This document shows, piece by piece, positions 28,647-37,994 of a stretch of DNA of 52,485 bases (its first letter is position 1; every line of letters begins with the position of its first letter). Below the pieces are notes generated by a model that saw only the letters and a list, made by a program, of their open reading frames with translations, searched no databases and was not told the DNA's origin. Origin of the DNA: Acidimicrobiia bacterium (GTDB lineage Bacteria; Actinomycetota; Acidimicrobiia; Spongiisociales; UBA11373); assembly GCA_035286665.1 (NCBI GenBank), contig DATECY010000187.1:1-52485 (forward strand), in the 5' to 3' direction. A program made the position numbers and the translations under genes.

Positions 28647-29689
28647 CCGATGCCTCCCGACATGATGAAGTCGCCGTAGAACAGGCCGAGGCCGACGGCG
28701 GCGAAGAGAGCGGCGAGGATCCAGAACCGGATGATGATCGTGGTCTCCGGCCATCCCTTGAGCTCGAAGTGGTGGTGGATCGGCGCCATGCGGAAGATCC
28801 GTCGGCCGAAGCCACGGAACGAGACGACCTGGAGGACGACCGAGGCCATCTCCATCGCGTAGAGGCCGCCGAAGACCACCAACAAGAGCTGGGTATTGGT
28901 CAGCAGCGCGAGAGCAGCCATGGCTCCGCCGAGCGCCTGGGACCCGGTGTCGCCCATGATGATCTTGGCCGGAGCAGCGTTCCACCACAGGAAACCCAGT
29001 GTGGAAGCGGTGAGGCCGGCGGCGAGTATCGCCAGCTCCTGGGTGCCCACCACCTCGTAGAACTCGGGATGGCGGAATTGCCAGAAGGACACGATGACGA
29101 AGGCGCCGAACACCAGCGCACCGGACCCCGAGGCGAGGCCGTCGAGCCCGTCGGTGAAATTCACCGCATTGGAGAAGGCGGTGAGCATCAGCAGCACCCA
29201 GATCACGTAGAACCATCCGAGGTCGAGCCCGAGTGGGCGGGTGAACGACAGCTGGGTGTTGACTCCATACTGCACGGCGGCCCAGGCGAACAGGCCGGCT
29301 ATCGCCAACTGCCCGAGGAACTTCCAACGCTTGTTGAGCCCGAGGTTGCGAGCCTTGGAGACCTTGGCGAGGTCGTCCAAGAACCCGATCAGCCCCATTC
29401 CGACGAAGGCGAGCAGTACCAGGAGGCCCGGCGTCTGGAACTCACGAAGGCGCAGGCTCCAATCGCCCCCCGGCGTGCGGGCATCGATGTGGCCGACCAG
29501 GTAGCCCGCGACGACCGCGAGGATCATCACCAGGCCGCCCATCGTCGGGGTGCCTTGCTTGTGTTCGTGGGCCACCTCGTCCTGGATGAACTGGCCGATC
29601 TCATTGGCGCGAAAGAACCGGATCGCCACCGGCGTCAGCACCATGGTCACGACGAACGCCACGGCACCCGATGCGAGCATGGCGATCAT
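28643..29689 (-). CDS. mraY: phospho-N-acetylmuramoyl-pentapeptide transferase
   Basis: 348 aa polytopic membrane protein with MraY blocks: KQGTPTMGG, NAVNFTDGLDGLA, MGDTGSQALGG, HHHFEL. Confidence 0.95.
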   Translation of the reverse strand: MIAMLASGAVAFVVTMVLTPVAIRFFRANEIGQFIQDEVAHEHKQGTPTMGGLVMILAVVAGYLVGHIDARTPGGDWSLRLREFQTPGLLVLLAFVGMGLIGFLDDLAKVSKARNLGLNKRWKFLGQLAIAGLFAWAAVQYGVNTQLSFTRPLGLDLGWFYVIWVLLMLTAFSNAVNFTDGLDGLASGSGALVFGAFVIVSFWQFRHPEFYEVVGTQELAILAAGLTASTLGFLWWNAAPAKIIMGDTGSQALGGAMAALALLTNTQLLLVVFGGLYAMEMASVVLQVVSFRGFGRRIFRMAPIHHHFELKGWPETTIIIRFWILAALFAAVGLGLFYGDFIMSGGIG

Positions 29690-31023
29690 GCGGCCACCCC
29701 TCCCCCGATGCCATCGGCGACACCCTCCAGGCCGGCGGCGCGCGACGCCTTGACGAGTACCACGTCGCCGGCCCGCAGGATGACTTCGAGGGCGGCGAGG
29801 GCTGCCGGGACGTCGCCGACCGTCACCGCGACCGCTCCGGCTCCTGCTGCGATCCCGGGATCGTCGCCGACGATCACGATGACCTCGAAACCACTCTCCA
29901 CCGCGGCCAGCCCGACCTGGCGGTGCAGGTCCGCCTCCGCATCACCCAACTCGTGCATCTTGCCGAGCACCGCGACATGGCGTCCCGGCATCGCCGCCAC
30001 CGTGGCGAAGGCGGCGGCCATCGAATCGGGATTGGCGTTGTAGGCGTCGTTGACGACGACGACGACACCCCCAGCCACAGGACGCCGCTGGACCTCCATC
30101 CGCCACGGAGACACGGTGGCACCGGCGGTGCGGGTGGCTGCCTCTTCGAAATCGATCCCCACCGCCACGGCTGCGGCGACCGCGGCGGCGGCATTGAGGG
30201 GCTGGTGGCGACCGGCGAGCGACATCGACAGCGCAACGGTGCCGCCCGCGTGGTGCATCCGAAACGAGGCACGGCCGTAGCGATCCACCACCACCTCGTC
30301 GACGAAGACGTCCGCGTCCGCCTCCTCGGCGAAGGTGACCAGGGCGCCGTCACGACGTCGGGTGAGTCGCTCGTCGGCCGCAGGGAGCACGGCCACTCCC
30401 GACGGCCCGAGTGTGTCGATCAGCTCCCACTTGGCCTCGAGCACGGTGTCGAGGTCTCCGAACATCTCGAGATGGGCCTTGCCGATGTTGGTGATCACGG
30501 CCACGTCGGGTCGCACGATCCGAGCGAGCGCGGCGATGTGACCGATGCCGCGACTGCCCACCTCGACGACGACCGCGATGGCGTCGTCCGGGGTGGCGAG
30601 CACCGTGATCGGCACGCCGACTTCGTTGTTGTAGGAATGTGGCGCCGCGTGCGTGCCGGGGCCGATCGCGGCCGCAGTGAGATCCTTGGTCGTGGTCTTT
30701 CCGCTGCTTCCGGTGATCGCCACCACCGGCGCGGTGATCTCATCGCGGCGACAGGCGGCGATGGTGGCGAGGGCGGCGAGGGTGTCGGGCACCTCCACGC
30801 CCGGCACCCCGGCGGGCACCCGTCCGGCCTCCACCATCACCGAGGCGCCAGACTGGGCGGCCGACTCGGAGAAGGCGTGGCCGTCGAACCGTTCTCCCCG
30901 AATCGCGACGAACAGGTCGCCGGGGCGAGCGACCCGCGAGTCGGTGACCACCCGGGTGACCGGCGTGTTGCCGACGGCCCTGCCGCCGGTCGCCGCCGCA
31001 ATGAAGGCGAGGTCCCATTTCAC
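29686..31023 (-). CDS. murF: UDP-N-acetylmuramoyl-tripeptide--D-alanyl-D-alanine ligase
   Basis: Contains VVTDSRVARPGDLFVAIRGERFDGHAF and ITGSSGKTTTK. 4-nt overlaps with both murE and mraY. Confidence 0.9.
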   Translation of the reverse strand: MKWDLAFIAAATGGRAVGNTPVTRVVTDSRVARPGDLFVAIRGERFDGHAFSESAAQSGASVMVEAGRVPAGVPGVEVPDTLAALATIAACRRDEITAPVVAITGSSGKTTTKDLTAAAIGPGTHAAPHSYNNEVGVPITVLATPDDAIAVVVEVGSRGIGHIAALARIVRPDVAVITNIGKAHLEMFGDLDTVLEAKWELIDTLGPSGVAVLPAADERLTRRRDGALVTFAEEADADVFVDEVVVDRYGRASFRMHHAGGTVALSMSLAGRHQPLNAAAAVAAAVAVGIDFEEAATRTAGATVSPWRMEVQRRPVAGGVVVVVNDAYNANPDSMAAAFATVAAMPGRHVAVLGKMHELGDAEADLHRQVGLAAVESGFEVIVIVGDDPGIAAGAGAVAVTVGDVPAALAALEVILRAGDVVLVKASRAAGLEGVADGIGGGVAA

Positions 31024-32474
31024 AGGGCCGCCGCCTCCTCTCGTGCCACCACACGGTCGTCGAAGGCAAGCACGGCACTCCCGAAGTCCTGGCCGAGCTC
31101 GTGGCCCTTGCCGAGCACGAGGACCACGTCGCCGGGATGCGCCTCGGCAAGGGCGATGCGGATCGCGGCGCGGCGGTCCACCTCACACACGACCCGGCCG
31201 GGTCCGGTGGCCCCCGCGGCCACCTCGTCGAGGATTGCCTGAGGGGACTCACTGCGCGGGTTGTCCGTGGTGAGCACGGCGAGATCGGCGTCGCTGGCGG
31301 CTCGGCCCATCATCGGGCGCTTCTGCCGGTCCCGGTCTCCCCCGGCACCGACCACCACGATCACCCGACCGGATTCCCCGAGGATGTCTCTGGCCGCGCC
31401 GACGGCGGCAATCACGCCGTCGGGCGTATGGGCATAGTCGACCACCACGGTGAATGACCTCCCGGTGTCCACGAGCTCGAAACGCCCCGGCACCGAAGGG
31501 GCGGCGGCCATGCCGGCGGCGATGCTATCCCAGCCGACCCCGAGCGCCGTTGCGCAGGCGGCGGCGACCAGGGCGTTGGCGACGTTGAACCTGCCGGCGA
31601 GGGGCAGAAGGACCGGCATCCCACCGCCCGGCCCACGGAGGTCGAACGACGACCCTCCGAAGCCGACGACGACCTCACGAGCGGTCACATCTGCCTCGTC
31701 GCCCATGCCGACCTTCAGCACGGGTATGTCGAGCGACCGGGCCAGGCGGCGCCCGGCCGGATCGTCGATCCACACGACCGCCAGTTCGGCTTGGGAGAAC
31801 AGCGAGGCCTTGGCGGCGAAGTAGGACGCCATGTCGCCGTGGAAGTCCAGGTGATCGCGAGACAGGTTGGTGAACGCGGCGACCCGAAAGGCGGCACCGG
31901 CGACACGCCCCAGGGCAAGGGCGTGCGAAGACACCTCCACCGCGGCGACATCGACGCCCTCGGCCACCATGTCCGCGAGCAGGCGCTGGAGGTCCGTTGC
32001 TTCCGGGGTGGTGCGAGCCAGCGGTACGGCCCGGCCGCCGATGCGTGCCCCGACGGTCCCCGCGATGCCGTGAGAGAGCCCGGCAGCTCCGGCGATCGAC
32101 TCGAGGAGGTGGGTGACGGTGGTCTTGCCGTTCGTGCCCGTGATGCCGACGAGTCGGAGGTGGCGGGAGGGGTCACCGTGGACGAGCGATGCGATCGGTC
32201 CGAGCGACGCCCGAGAGTCGGCGACGACGATGGCCGGAGCCCCGGCCGCACTTTCGGGATCTTCGACGCACACGGCGGGTGATCCGGCTGCGATGGCCTG
32301 TGCCACGAAGCGATGACCATCGACCGAGAAGCCCCGTACGGCGGCAAACAGGACACCGGGCCCCGCGGCACGAGAGTCGTGCGTGACGTCGTCGACGGCG
32401 ACCGTCCCATCGCCTACGACGCGCCCCCCGACGGCCGCAGCAATGGTGGTCAGCGAGACCGGCTCAATGCCCAT
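31020..32474 (-). CDS. murE: UDP-N-acetylmuramoyl-L-alanyl-D-glutamate--2,6-diaminopimelate ligase
   Basis: Contains VTHDSRAAGPGVLFAAV and GITGTNGKTT. The DNPR motif (TTDNPRSE) is associated with meso-DAP specificity. Confidence 0.9.
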   Translation of the reverse strand: MGIEPVSLTTIAAAVGGRVVGDGTVAVDDVTHDSRAAGPGVLFAAVRGFSVDGHRFVAQAIAAGSPAVCVEDPESAAGAPAIVVADSRASLGPIASLVHGDPSRHLRLVGITGTNGKTTVTHLLESIAGAAGLSHGIAGTVGARIGGRAVPLARTTPEATDLQRLLADMVAEGVDVAAVEVSSHALALGRVAGAAFRVAAFTNLSRDHLDFHGDMASYFAAKASLFSQAELAVVWIDDPAGRRLARSLDIPVLKVGMGDEADVTAREVVVGFGGSSFDLRGPGGGMPVLLPLAGRFNVANALVAAACATALGVGWDSIAAGMAAAPSVPGRFELVDTGRSFTVVVDYAHTPDGVIAAVGAARDILGESGRVIVVVGAGGDRDRQKRPMMGRAASDADLAVLTTDNPRSESPQAILDEVAAGATGPGRVVCEVDRRAAIRIALAEAHPGDVVLVLGKGHELGQDFGSAVLAFDDRVVAREEAAAL

Positions 32475-34161
32475 CCGGCGGTACCCCCAACTGGTTGAGG
32501 GCAGCCAGCATCACGGCCGAGAACACCGGAGCGGCGCCCTGCCCGCCGCTGGCGTCGTTGACGGGCGAATCGAGGACGACCGCCACGACCACCTTGGGAT
32601 CGGCGATCGGAGCCATCCCGATGAAGCTGGCGACGACCTGGTCGGTGCTGTACACCTGGGAGTCGGTCAGGTACTTCTCCGTAGTGCCGGTCTTCCCACC
32701 TACACGGTATCCGGTGACGGAGGCAAGCGAGCCTGTGCCCTGGTCGACCACCAGCGCGAGCATCTCCCGCATCTCGCTCGCGGTCGTCTCGGAGACGACC
32801 CGACGCTCTTGCGCGGTCATCGCGGTGCGGGTGCCCGCGCCATCGACGATCTCCCGAACGAGATGCGGCTGCACCCACACACCGTCATTGGCGATGGTGG
32901 CGTATACCGTCGCCATCTGCAGCGGCGTGACGGCGACGTGGTATCCAATCGACGTGCCGGCGAGGCAGGTCGTGAGACACCAATCTTCCGGGGGGCTCAG
33001 CGTGCCTGCAGCCTCACCCGGAAAGTCGATCCCGGTGGTGCTGCCCTCACCGAACGCCGACATGAATGTGTGGAGCAGGCGGGCCCCGAGGAGCTCCCCG
33101 ACGAGGATCGTGCCCAGGTTGGACGAGTAGGCGACGATGTCGGCAATGGTGAGCGTGCCGGCGTGGACCGTCGAGTCCTTGAAGACCGTGTCCTGGATCT
33201 CGATCTTGTCGGGGATGTCGAATGTGGTACCCGGCGTGACCAGGCCCGCTTCGATCGCTGCGGAGATCGTGACGAGCTTCTGCGTGGATCCCGGCTCGAA
33301 GACGTCGGTCACCGCCCGGTTGCGAATCGCGTCCTCTTCGATGGCGGCACGATCGTTCGGGTCGTACGAGGGCAGCGTGACCATTGCCAGCACCTCACCC
33401 GTCTCCGGGTCGAGCACCACGACGCTTCCCGAGACCGCGCCCGTGCGAACCAGCGCAGCAGCGAGGGCTTGCTCGGCGGCGTACTGGATCTCGGTCTTGA
33501 TGGTGAGGACGAGGTCGCTCCCGGGGTCCGCCGGCACCACCTGGTATTCGCCCTGGGGTATCGCCCGGCCGGAGGGGTCGCGCTCGACGAGCAGTTCGCC
33601 CGGCCGCCCCGTCAAAGCGGTGTCGTACTGCAGTTCGAGCCCTTCGAGTCCGACGTTGTCGCCTTCCCTGACGAACCCGACGATGTGAGCCGCCAGGTCG
33701 CCCGTGGGATAGACCCGCTTCGGCTCGGTGAGGAAGTAGATCCCGGGCAGGGCGGCATCCCTGATCGGCTGGGCCTCGGCGGGGTCCATCTGCCTCGTCA
33801 CGTACACGAACGCGGAGCCGTCGCTGAAGTCTCCGAGGAGACTGCTCATGTCACGGCCGACGAGCGGTGCCAGCAGGGACGCCACCCGGGCGGGATCCTG
33901 CATCTCCAGCGGATTGGCATACACCGACACCGACTCCGCCGAAACCGCCAACTCTCGACCGTCACGGTCGAAGATGGTCCCGCGATCCGCCGGCAGCGTG
34001 CGCCGCTGCAGCCTTTGATCGAGACCCCTGGCGGCGAACTCCTCGGCGCGTGCCCCCTGCACCACGGTGAGGCGGAAGCCGACGGCGGTCCACGCCAGGA
34101 CGAGGACGACCCCGACCGCCACCAGTCGGGCGTTCGACCCGCGACGCAGCCGCTCCTCCAT
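32464..34161 (-). CDS. ftsI: class B penicillin-binding protein / peptidoglycan D,D-transpeptidase FtsI
   Basis: ORF 32464..34305, trimmed to ATG 34161 (MEERLRRGSNARLVAVGVVLVLAW...) with GAGGAGGAG upstream. Transpeptidase motifs STQK, SSN and KTGT are present. Confidence 0.9.
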   Translation of the reverse strand: MEERLRRGSNARLVAVGVVLVLAWTAVGFRLTVVQGARAEEFAARGLDQRLQRRTLPADRGTIFDRDGRELAVSAESVSVYANPLEMQDPARVASLLAPLVGRDMSSLLGDFSDGSAFVYVTRQMDPAEAQPIRDAALPGIYFLTEPKRVYPTGDLAAHIVGFVREGDNVGLEGLELQYDTALTGRPGELLVERDPSGRAIPQGEYQVVPADPGSDLVLTIKTEIQYAAEQALAAALVRTGAVSGSVVVLDPETGEVLAMVTLPSYDPNDRAAIEEDAIRNRAVTDVFEPGSTQKLVTISAAIEAGLVTPGTTFDIPDKIEIQDTVFKDSTVHAGTLTIADIVAYSSNLGTILVGELLGARLLHTFMSAFGEGSTTGIDFPGEAAGTLSPPEDWCLTTCLAGTSIGYHVAVTPLQMATVYATIANDGVWVQPHLVREIVDGAGTRTAMTAQERRVVSETTASEMREMLALVVDQGTGSLASVTGYRVGGKTGTTEKYLTDSQVYSTDQVVASFIGMAPIADPKVVVAVVLDSPVNDASGGQGAAPVFSAVMLAALNQLGVPPDGH

Positions 34162-34237
34162 CAGGTCTCCTCCTCGGCGCCGGCACGGCCGGCACCCCGC
34201 TCCTCGGTTCTCCACCCGGCAAGGGCGCCGGGCCCTC

Positions 34238-34651
34238 CTACGGCTGGGCGCCCAACAGCGCCTTGAGATCTGCCCAGCGCTCTTCGATCCCCGGCCCCGG
34301 ATCACCCAGGCCGGGCACCTCGACGGTGCGCAACTCGATCGGGTACACCATTCCCATCTGCGTGGCCAACGCGGCTATCCGATCGGGTGACTGCAGGTCC
34401 GTCACCTGGAGGCGCAGGTCCCAGTACCTCGCCTCTTGGGTGGCGATGTCCCGCTCCACGTCCTCGAGCACGAAGGCGCTCCGGTCGAGGGCGATCCGCG
34501 ACGAGATCAACAAGAAGAACGACGCCGCGATGGTGATCGCCAACCCGACCCATCCGCCGATCCTCTTGCGCCCTGCCCGGGGGGCGATGACGACGTGGAA
34601 CTCACGCCGTCTCGGGACGGGAAGGACCAGGGGCTGGGTACGAGCCACCAC
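34238..34651 (-). CDS. ftsL: cell division protein FtsL-like (septum formation initiator)
   Basis: 137 aa bitopic protein: one TM segment (WVGLAITIAASFFLLISS) followed by a coiled-coil-like segment. Lies between rsmH and ftsI, as is canonical. Confidence 0.7.
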   Translation of the reverse strand: MVARTQPLVLPVPRRREFHVVIAPRAGRKRIGGWVGLAITIAASFFLLISSRIALDRSAFVLEDVERDIATQEARYWDLRLQVTDLQSPDRIAALATQMGMVYPIELRTVEVPGLGDPGPGIEERWADLKALLGAQP

Positions 34652-34652
34652 G

Positions 34653-35633
34653 TCAGACTCGCTCCACGGCGCGTAGCCGAGCGCTGCGCGCTCTCGGGTT
34701 CTCGGTCACCTCGGCCTCTGACGGGCGCTCGGCATGCCGGGTGAGCAGTCGGATCGCGGCGACGTTGCCACACACACAGACCGGGAAGTCGGCGGGGCAC
34801 ACGCATCCGGCTGCTCCCGCGACGAAACGGCGCTTGGTGATGCGATCCTCGAGCGAGTGGTAGGAGATCACGACGATCCTGCCTCCGGGTCGCAACACCC
34901 GCAGGGCGACGTCGAGCGCATCTGCAAGTGCCGCCAACTCGTCGTTGACGGCGATGCGCAGCCCCTGGAAGGTTCGTCGAGCAGGATGTCCGTGGTCTCT
35001 GGCCCGAGCCGGCACGGCCCCTGCGACGACGTCGGCCAGTTGCGCCGTGTCCGCGATCGGACGAGTCCGGACGATCGCCGCGGCGATGCGGCCGGCGTGA
35101 CGCTCCTCGCCGTGGCGGCGGATGACGTCTGCGACGTCGCGCTCGGACCACCGGTTGACGATGTCATCGGCCGTGAATGTGGCATCTGGCCCCATGCGCA
35201 TGTCGAGAGGGCCGCGCCGCCGATAGGAGAACCCTCGCTCCCCCACGTCGAGCTGATGCGACGAGACGCCGAGGTCGAATACGGCTCCATCGAGATCATC
35301 GATCCCCTCCTCTGCGAGCACCATTGCGAGATGTCTGAAGTCCGACAGGTGAAACGCAAGCCTGGGGCCGAGCGCCGCCACGGCGGCCGCTGCGTCCGGA
35401 TCCCGGTCGATTGCCACGATCCGGGAGTGAGGCAGGGCGTCGAGAATCGCCGCGCTGTGGCCCCCTCCCCCGAATGTGGCGTCCACGATGACCGAGCCGT
35501 CGAGTGGGCGTAGCCACTCCACGACCCGGTCCACCATGACCGGCAGGTGATACGGGGCATCGGCTCGGCCCACCGTCAGCCCCCCGGAACGCTGGCGCCA
35601 ATATGGAAGCGGGCGGAGTAAGGGGCCTTCCAC
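34653..35633 (-). CDS. rsmH: 16S rRNA (cytosine1402-N4)-methyltransferase RsmH/MraW
   Basis: Contains HLPVMVDRVVEWL, DATFGGGGHS, DLGVSSHQLD and SYHSLEDR. Start is either GTG 35633 or GTG 35573 (the latter has GGGGG upstream). Confidence 0.9.
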   Translation of the reverse strand: MEGPLLRPLPYWRQRSGGLTVGRADAPYHLPVMVDRVVEWLRPLDGSVIVDATFGGGGHSAAILDALPHSRIVAIDRDPDAAAAVAALGPRLAFHLSDFRHLAMVLAEEGIDDLDGAVFDLGVSSHQLDVGERGFSYRRRGPLDMRMGPDATFTADDIVNRWSERDVADVIRRHGEERHAGRIAAAIVRTRPIADTAQLADVVAGAVPARARDHGHPARRTFQGLRIAVNDELAALADALDVALRVLRPGGRIVVISYHSLEDRITKRRFVAGAAGCVCPADFPVCVCGNVAAIRLLTRHAERPSEAEVTENPRARSARLRAVERV

Positions 35634-35673
35634 GTGGCATCCGGGGAGCTGACACTGGGTCGAGCGTCATGGT

Positions 35674-36105
35674 TCAAATCCCGTCCTCGCTGAGCGCCTC
35701 TTGGATGTCGGCGTAGAACTCGTCCGCCTTGTCCGAGAGGGCAGCCCAGGCCGTCGCGTTCCAGATCTCCACCCGGTCGGCGACTCCCACGACGACGACG
35801 TCCTTGTCGACGTCCGCGTAGGTCCGGAGCGCCTGCGGTATCTGCACGCGCCCCTGCTTGTCCATCTGCTGATCTGCAGCACCACCGAAGAAGGCCCGCG
35901 CGTAGTTGCGGTTCCGCCCGCTGGTGCGAGGCAGTCGGTTGACCGTGGCCACCTCCTCCTCCCAGCGGTCCAGCGGGAAGACGTACAAGCAATGCTCCTG
36001 ACCCTTGGTCACCACGAGCCCGTCCTCCAGCCGGTCGCGGAACTTCGCGGGCATGACGACACGCCCCTTCTCGTCCACGTTGTGCTGGTACTCGCCGAGG
36101 AACAC
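35674..36105 (-). CDS. mraZ: transcriptional regulator MraZ
   Basis: 143 aa, starting MFLGEYQHNVDEKGRVVMPAKFR. A second SpoVT/AbrB-like repeat is DKQGRVQIPQALR. GTG start at 36105. Confidence 0.95.
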   Translation of the reverse strand: MFLGEYQHNVDEKGRVVMPAKFRDRLEDGLVVTKGQEHCLYVFPLDRWEEEVATVNRLPRTSGRNRNYARAFFGGAADQQMDKQGRVQIPQALRTYADVDKDVVVVGVADRVEIWNATAWAALSDKADEFYADIQEALSEDGI

Positions 36106-36181
36106 TCGATCGCTCCGTTCTCCGCACTGAATCGCCTCCGTCGAAGGCGCTTCTCGGGAAGCTCTCGCCTCCCCTGGTTCT

Positions 36182-36238
36182 CCACTTCACACCACTTTCG
36201 TCCACAATTCGCCACTTGTCAACCCCTTTGTCCCACTT
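36182..36238 (-). promoter_or_regulatory. MraZ-box-like operator array: six AAGTGG-type direct repeats in 10-nt phase, overlapping a TTGACA -35 hexamer
   Basis: Minus strand reads AAGTGGgaca AAGGGGttgac AAGTGGcgaa TTGTGGacga AAGTGGtgtg AAGTGG. On the plus strand these are CCACTT at 36182, 36192, 36212 and 36233, CCACAA at 36202, and CCCCTT at 36223. TTGACA occupies 36222..36217. The array lies 77-133 nt upstream of the mraZ start. Confidence 0.6.
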
Positions 36239-36339
36239 CATGGCCTTGGGCGCCCCTGGTGGGAACCGGATCCCCCGGAGGAGACACTGCGGAATGCGTC
36301 CTGCGCAATGCGCACGACGGCGCAGACCGGCAAACGGCT

Positions 36340-36367
36340 GGAGGCCGGAGACTGGAGACCGGAGACT
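36340..36367 (+). repeat. tandem heptamer repeat GGAGGCC-GGAGACT-GGAGACC-GGAGACT
   Basis: Four consecutive 7-nt units read directly from the sequence. They end 10 nt before the TACGCT -10-like box of the SDR gene. Confidence 0.6.
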
Positions 36368-36390
36368 GCTGGCTCGGTACGCTCCCCCGC

Positions 36391-37152
36391 ATGCTCGAAG
36401 GGCGCCGCATCGTTGTGACCGGAGGATCCAGTGGGATCGGGCGCTCCCTGTGCATCGCCTACGCCGAGGCGGGTGCGCTCGTCTGGGCGGTGGCCCGCCG
36501 TGAGCAGGCCCTCGCCGAGACCGTCGCCGCCGCCTCCCCCGGCCGGGTGATCCCGGTGGCGGCCGACCTGCTCACCGAGGCGGGTCGGCGGTCGGTGGCG
36601 ACCGCGATCGACCACGCCGGCGACTCACTCGATGTCGCGGTCCACGCCGCGGGCGAGCTGGGCCCGGTCGGGGTCAGCCTCGCCGAGTATCCCGAGGCTG
36701 CGTGGCACCAGGTGTTCGCGGCCAACGTCACCGCGGTGCACCTGCTCCATCAGCGCCTCGCCGGGTTCCTCGACCTCGGCGACGCCCCGGCGGTCATCGG
36801 GATCTCGAGCACCGTCGGGCGTGTCGGCCGTGCCGGGTGGGGGATGTACGCCGTCTCCAAACACGCTCTCGAGGGATGGCTGGCGGTACTCGCCGACGAA
36901 TGGGCCGGCCGGGTGTACTCAGTGAATCCGGGGGGCACTCGCACCCCGATGCGCGCCGAGGCGCGGCCCGACGAGGATCCGGCGACCGTCCCGGCCCCCG
37001 CCGAGATCGCCCCCCTCTTCCTGCGTCTCGCCCACCCCGATGCCCCGGAGCCCTCCGGCTCACTCTTCGAGGCGCGCGACTGGATCGGACTGGATCCATG
37101 GGCCGATCTCACCCGGCCGCCGCCGGGCCGGCTGCCTAGGCTTGGGCCATGA
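36391..37152 (+). CDS. SDR-family oxidoreductase (YciK-like)
   Basis: ORF 35701..37152, trimmed to ATG 36391 (MLEGRRIVVTGGSSGIGRSL...). TGxxxGIG cofactor motif. The active-site region ISSTVGRVGRAGWGMYAVSKHALEGW resembles E. coli YciK. Confidence 0.8.
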   Translation: MLEGRRIVVTGGSSGIGRSLCIAYAEAGALVWAVARREQALAETVAAASPGRVIPVAADLLTEAGRRSVATAIDHAGDSLDVAVHAAGELGPVGVSLAEYPEAAWHQVFAANVTAVHLLHQRLAGFLDLGDAPAVIGISSTVGRVGRAGWGMYAVSKHALEGWLAVLADEWAGRVYSVNPGGTRTPMRAEARPDEDPATVPAPAEIAPLFLRLAHPDAPEPSGSLFEARDWIGLDPWADLTRPPPGRLPRLGP

Positions 37153-37460
37153 CCGACAATCTCCACGCACCCCGCCCCGACCGACCCAACCGCTGGATCG
37201 GACCGACGATCCTCCTGGCCATGGTCACGATCGTGATCGTCGTCTTCGTCACCTCGAACACCGACAGGGTGAAGGTCGGCTTCGCCGGCTTCGACTGGGA
37301 AAACGTCCGGCTCTGGCTCGTGATCGTGGTGGCTCTCGTGGCCGGCGGGATCGGGAGCCGCCTCCTCGGCTGGGCATGGCACGGGTGGCGCCGTCGTCGC
37401 CGCCGGCTCGCCGACGAACTCGACACCCTCCGGCGGCATGCCGCCGACCCCGGCGACTGA
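37149..37460 (+). CDS. LapA-domain (DUF1049) small membrane protein
   Basis: 103 aa. ATG overlaps the SDR stop (ATGA). Two TM segments flank NTDRVKVGFAGFDWENVRLWL; Arg-rich tail. Confidence 0.6.
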   Translation: MTDNLHAPRPDRPNRWIGPTILLAMVTIVIVVFVTSNTDRVKVGFAGFDWENVRLWLVIVVALVAGGIGSRLLGWAWHGWRRRRRRLADELDTLRRHAADPGD

Positions 37461-37471
37461 GAGCGCCTCGC

Positions 37472-37480
37472 TGGTATCGT
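37472..37480 (+). promoter_or_regulatory. candidate extended -10 element (TGGTATCGT) giving a near-leaderless HNH transcript
   Basis: TATCGT ends 10 nt before ATG 37491, with no Shine-Dalgarno in between. Confidence 0.3.
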
Positions 37481-37490
37481 CCCGCGGGAC

Positions 37491-37991
37491 ATGGCTCAGG
37501 CGCTGGTCTTGAACGCGACGTACGAGCCCCTCTCGGTGGTGTCGACGCGGCGCGCCGTCGTCCTCCTCGTCCGTGAGAAAGCGGACCTCGTCCACGCCCG
37601 CGACCAGGTGTGGCGTTCGGAGCGCATGACGATCGAAGTGCCGACCGTGATCCGGCTCCGCCGCTTCGTTCGGGTCCCCTACCGGCGCCGCATCCCGCTG
37701 AATCGACGCGCCGTGTTCGCCCGTGACCTCCACGCCTGCCAGTACTGCGGCAAGCCGGCGGAGAACCTCGATCACGTCACCCCGCGTTCACGCGGCGGCA
37801 CCCACACGTGGGAGAACGTCGTCGCCGCCTGCCGCCCGTGCAACACCCGCAAGGGAGACCGCACCCCCGCCGAGGCGGGCATGCACCTGGAGACCGACCC
37901 CGGCGTCCCCCGCGAACACGGCTGGCTGCTCATCGGCCTCGGTGCCCCACCCCACCCCTCCTGGCAGGAATACCTCGGCGTGGCGGTGTAG
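37491..37991 (+). CDS. HNH endonuclease family protein
   Basis: 166 aa. Contains [44 protein letters not shown] (an HNH/ beta-beta-alpha-Me finger with CxxC...CxxC). Confidence 0.85.
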   Translation: MAQALVLNATYEPLSVVSTRRAVVLLVREKADLVHARDQVWRSERMTIEVPTVIRLRRFVRVPYRRRIPLNRRAVFARDLHACQYCGKPAENLDHVTPRSRGGTHTWENVVAACRPCNTRKGDRTPAEAGMHLETDPGVPREHGWLLIGLGAPPHPSWQEYLGVAV

Positions 37992-37994
37992 GGA

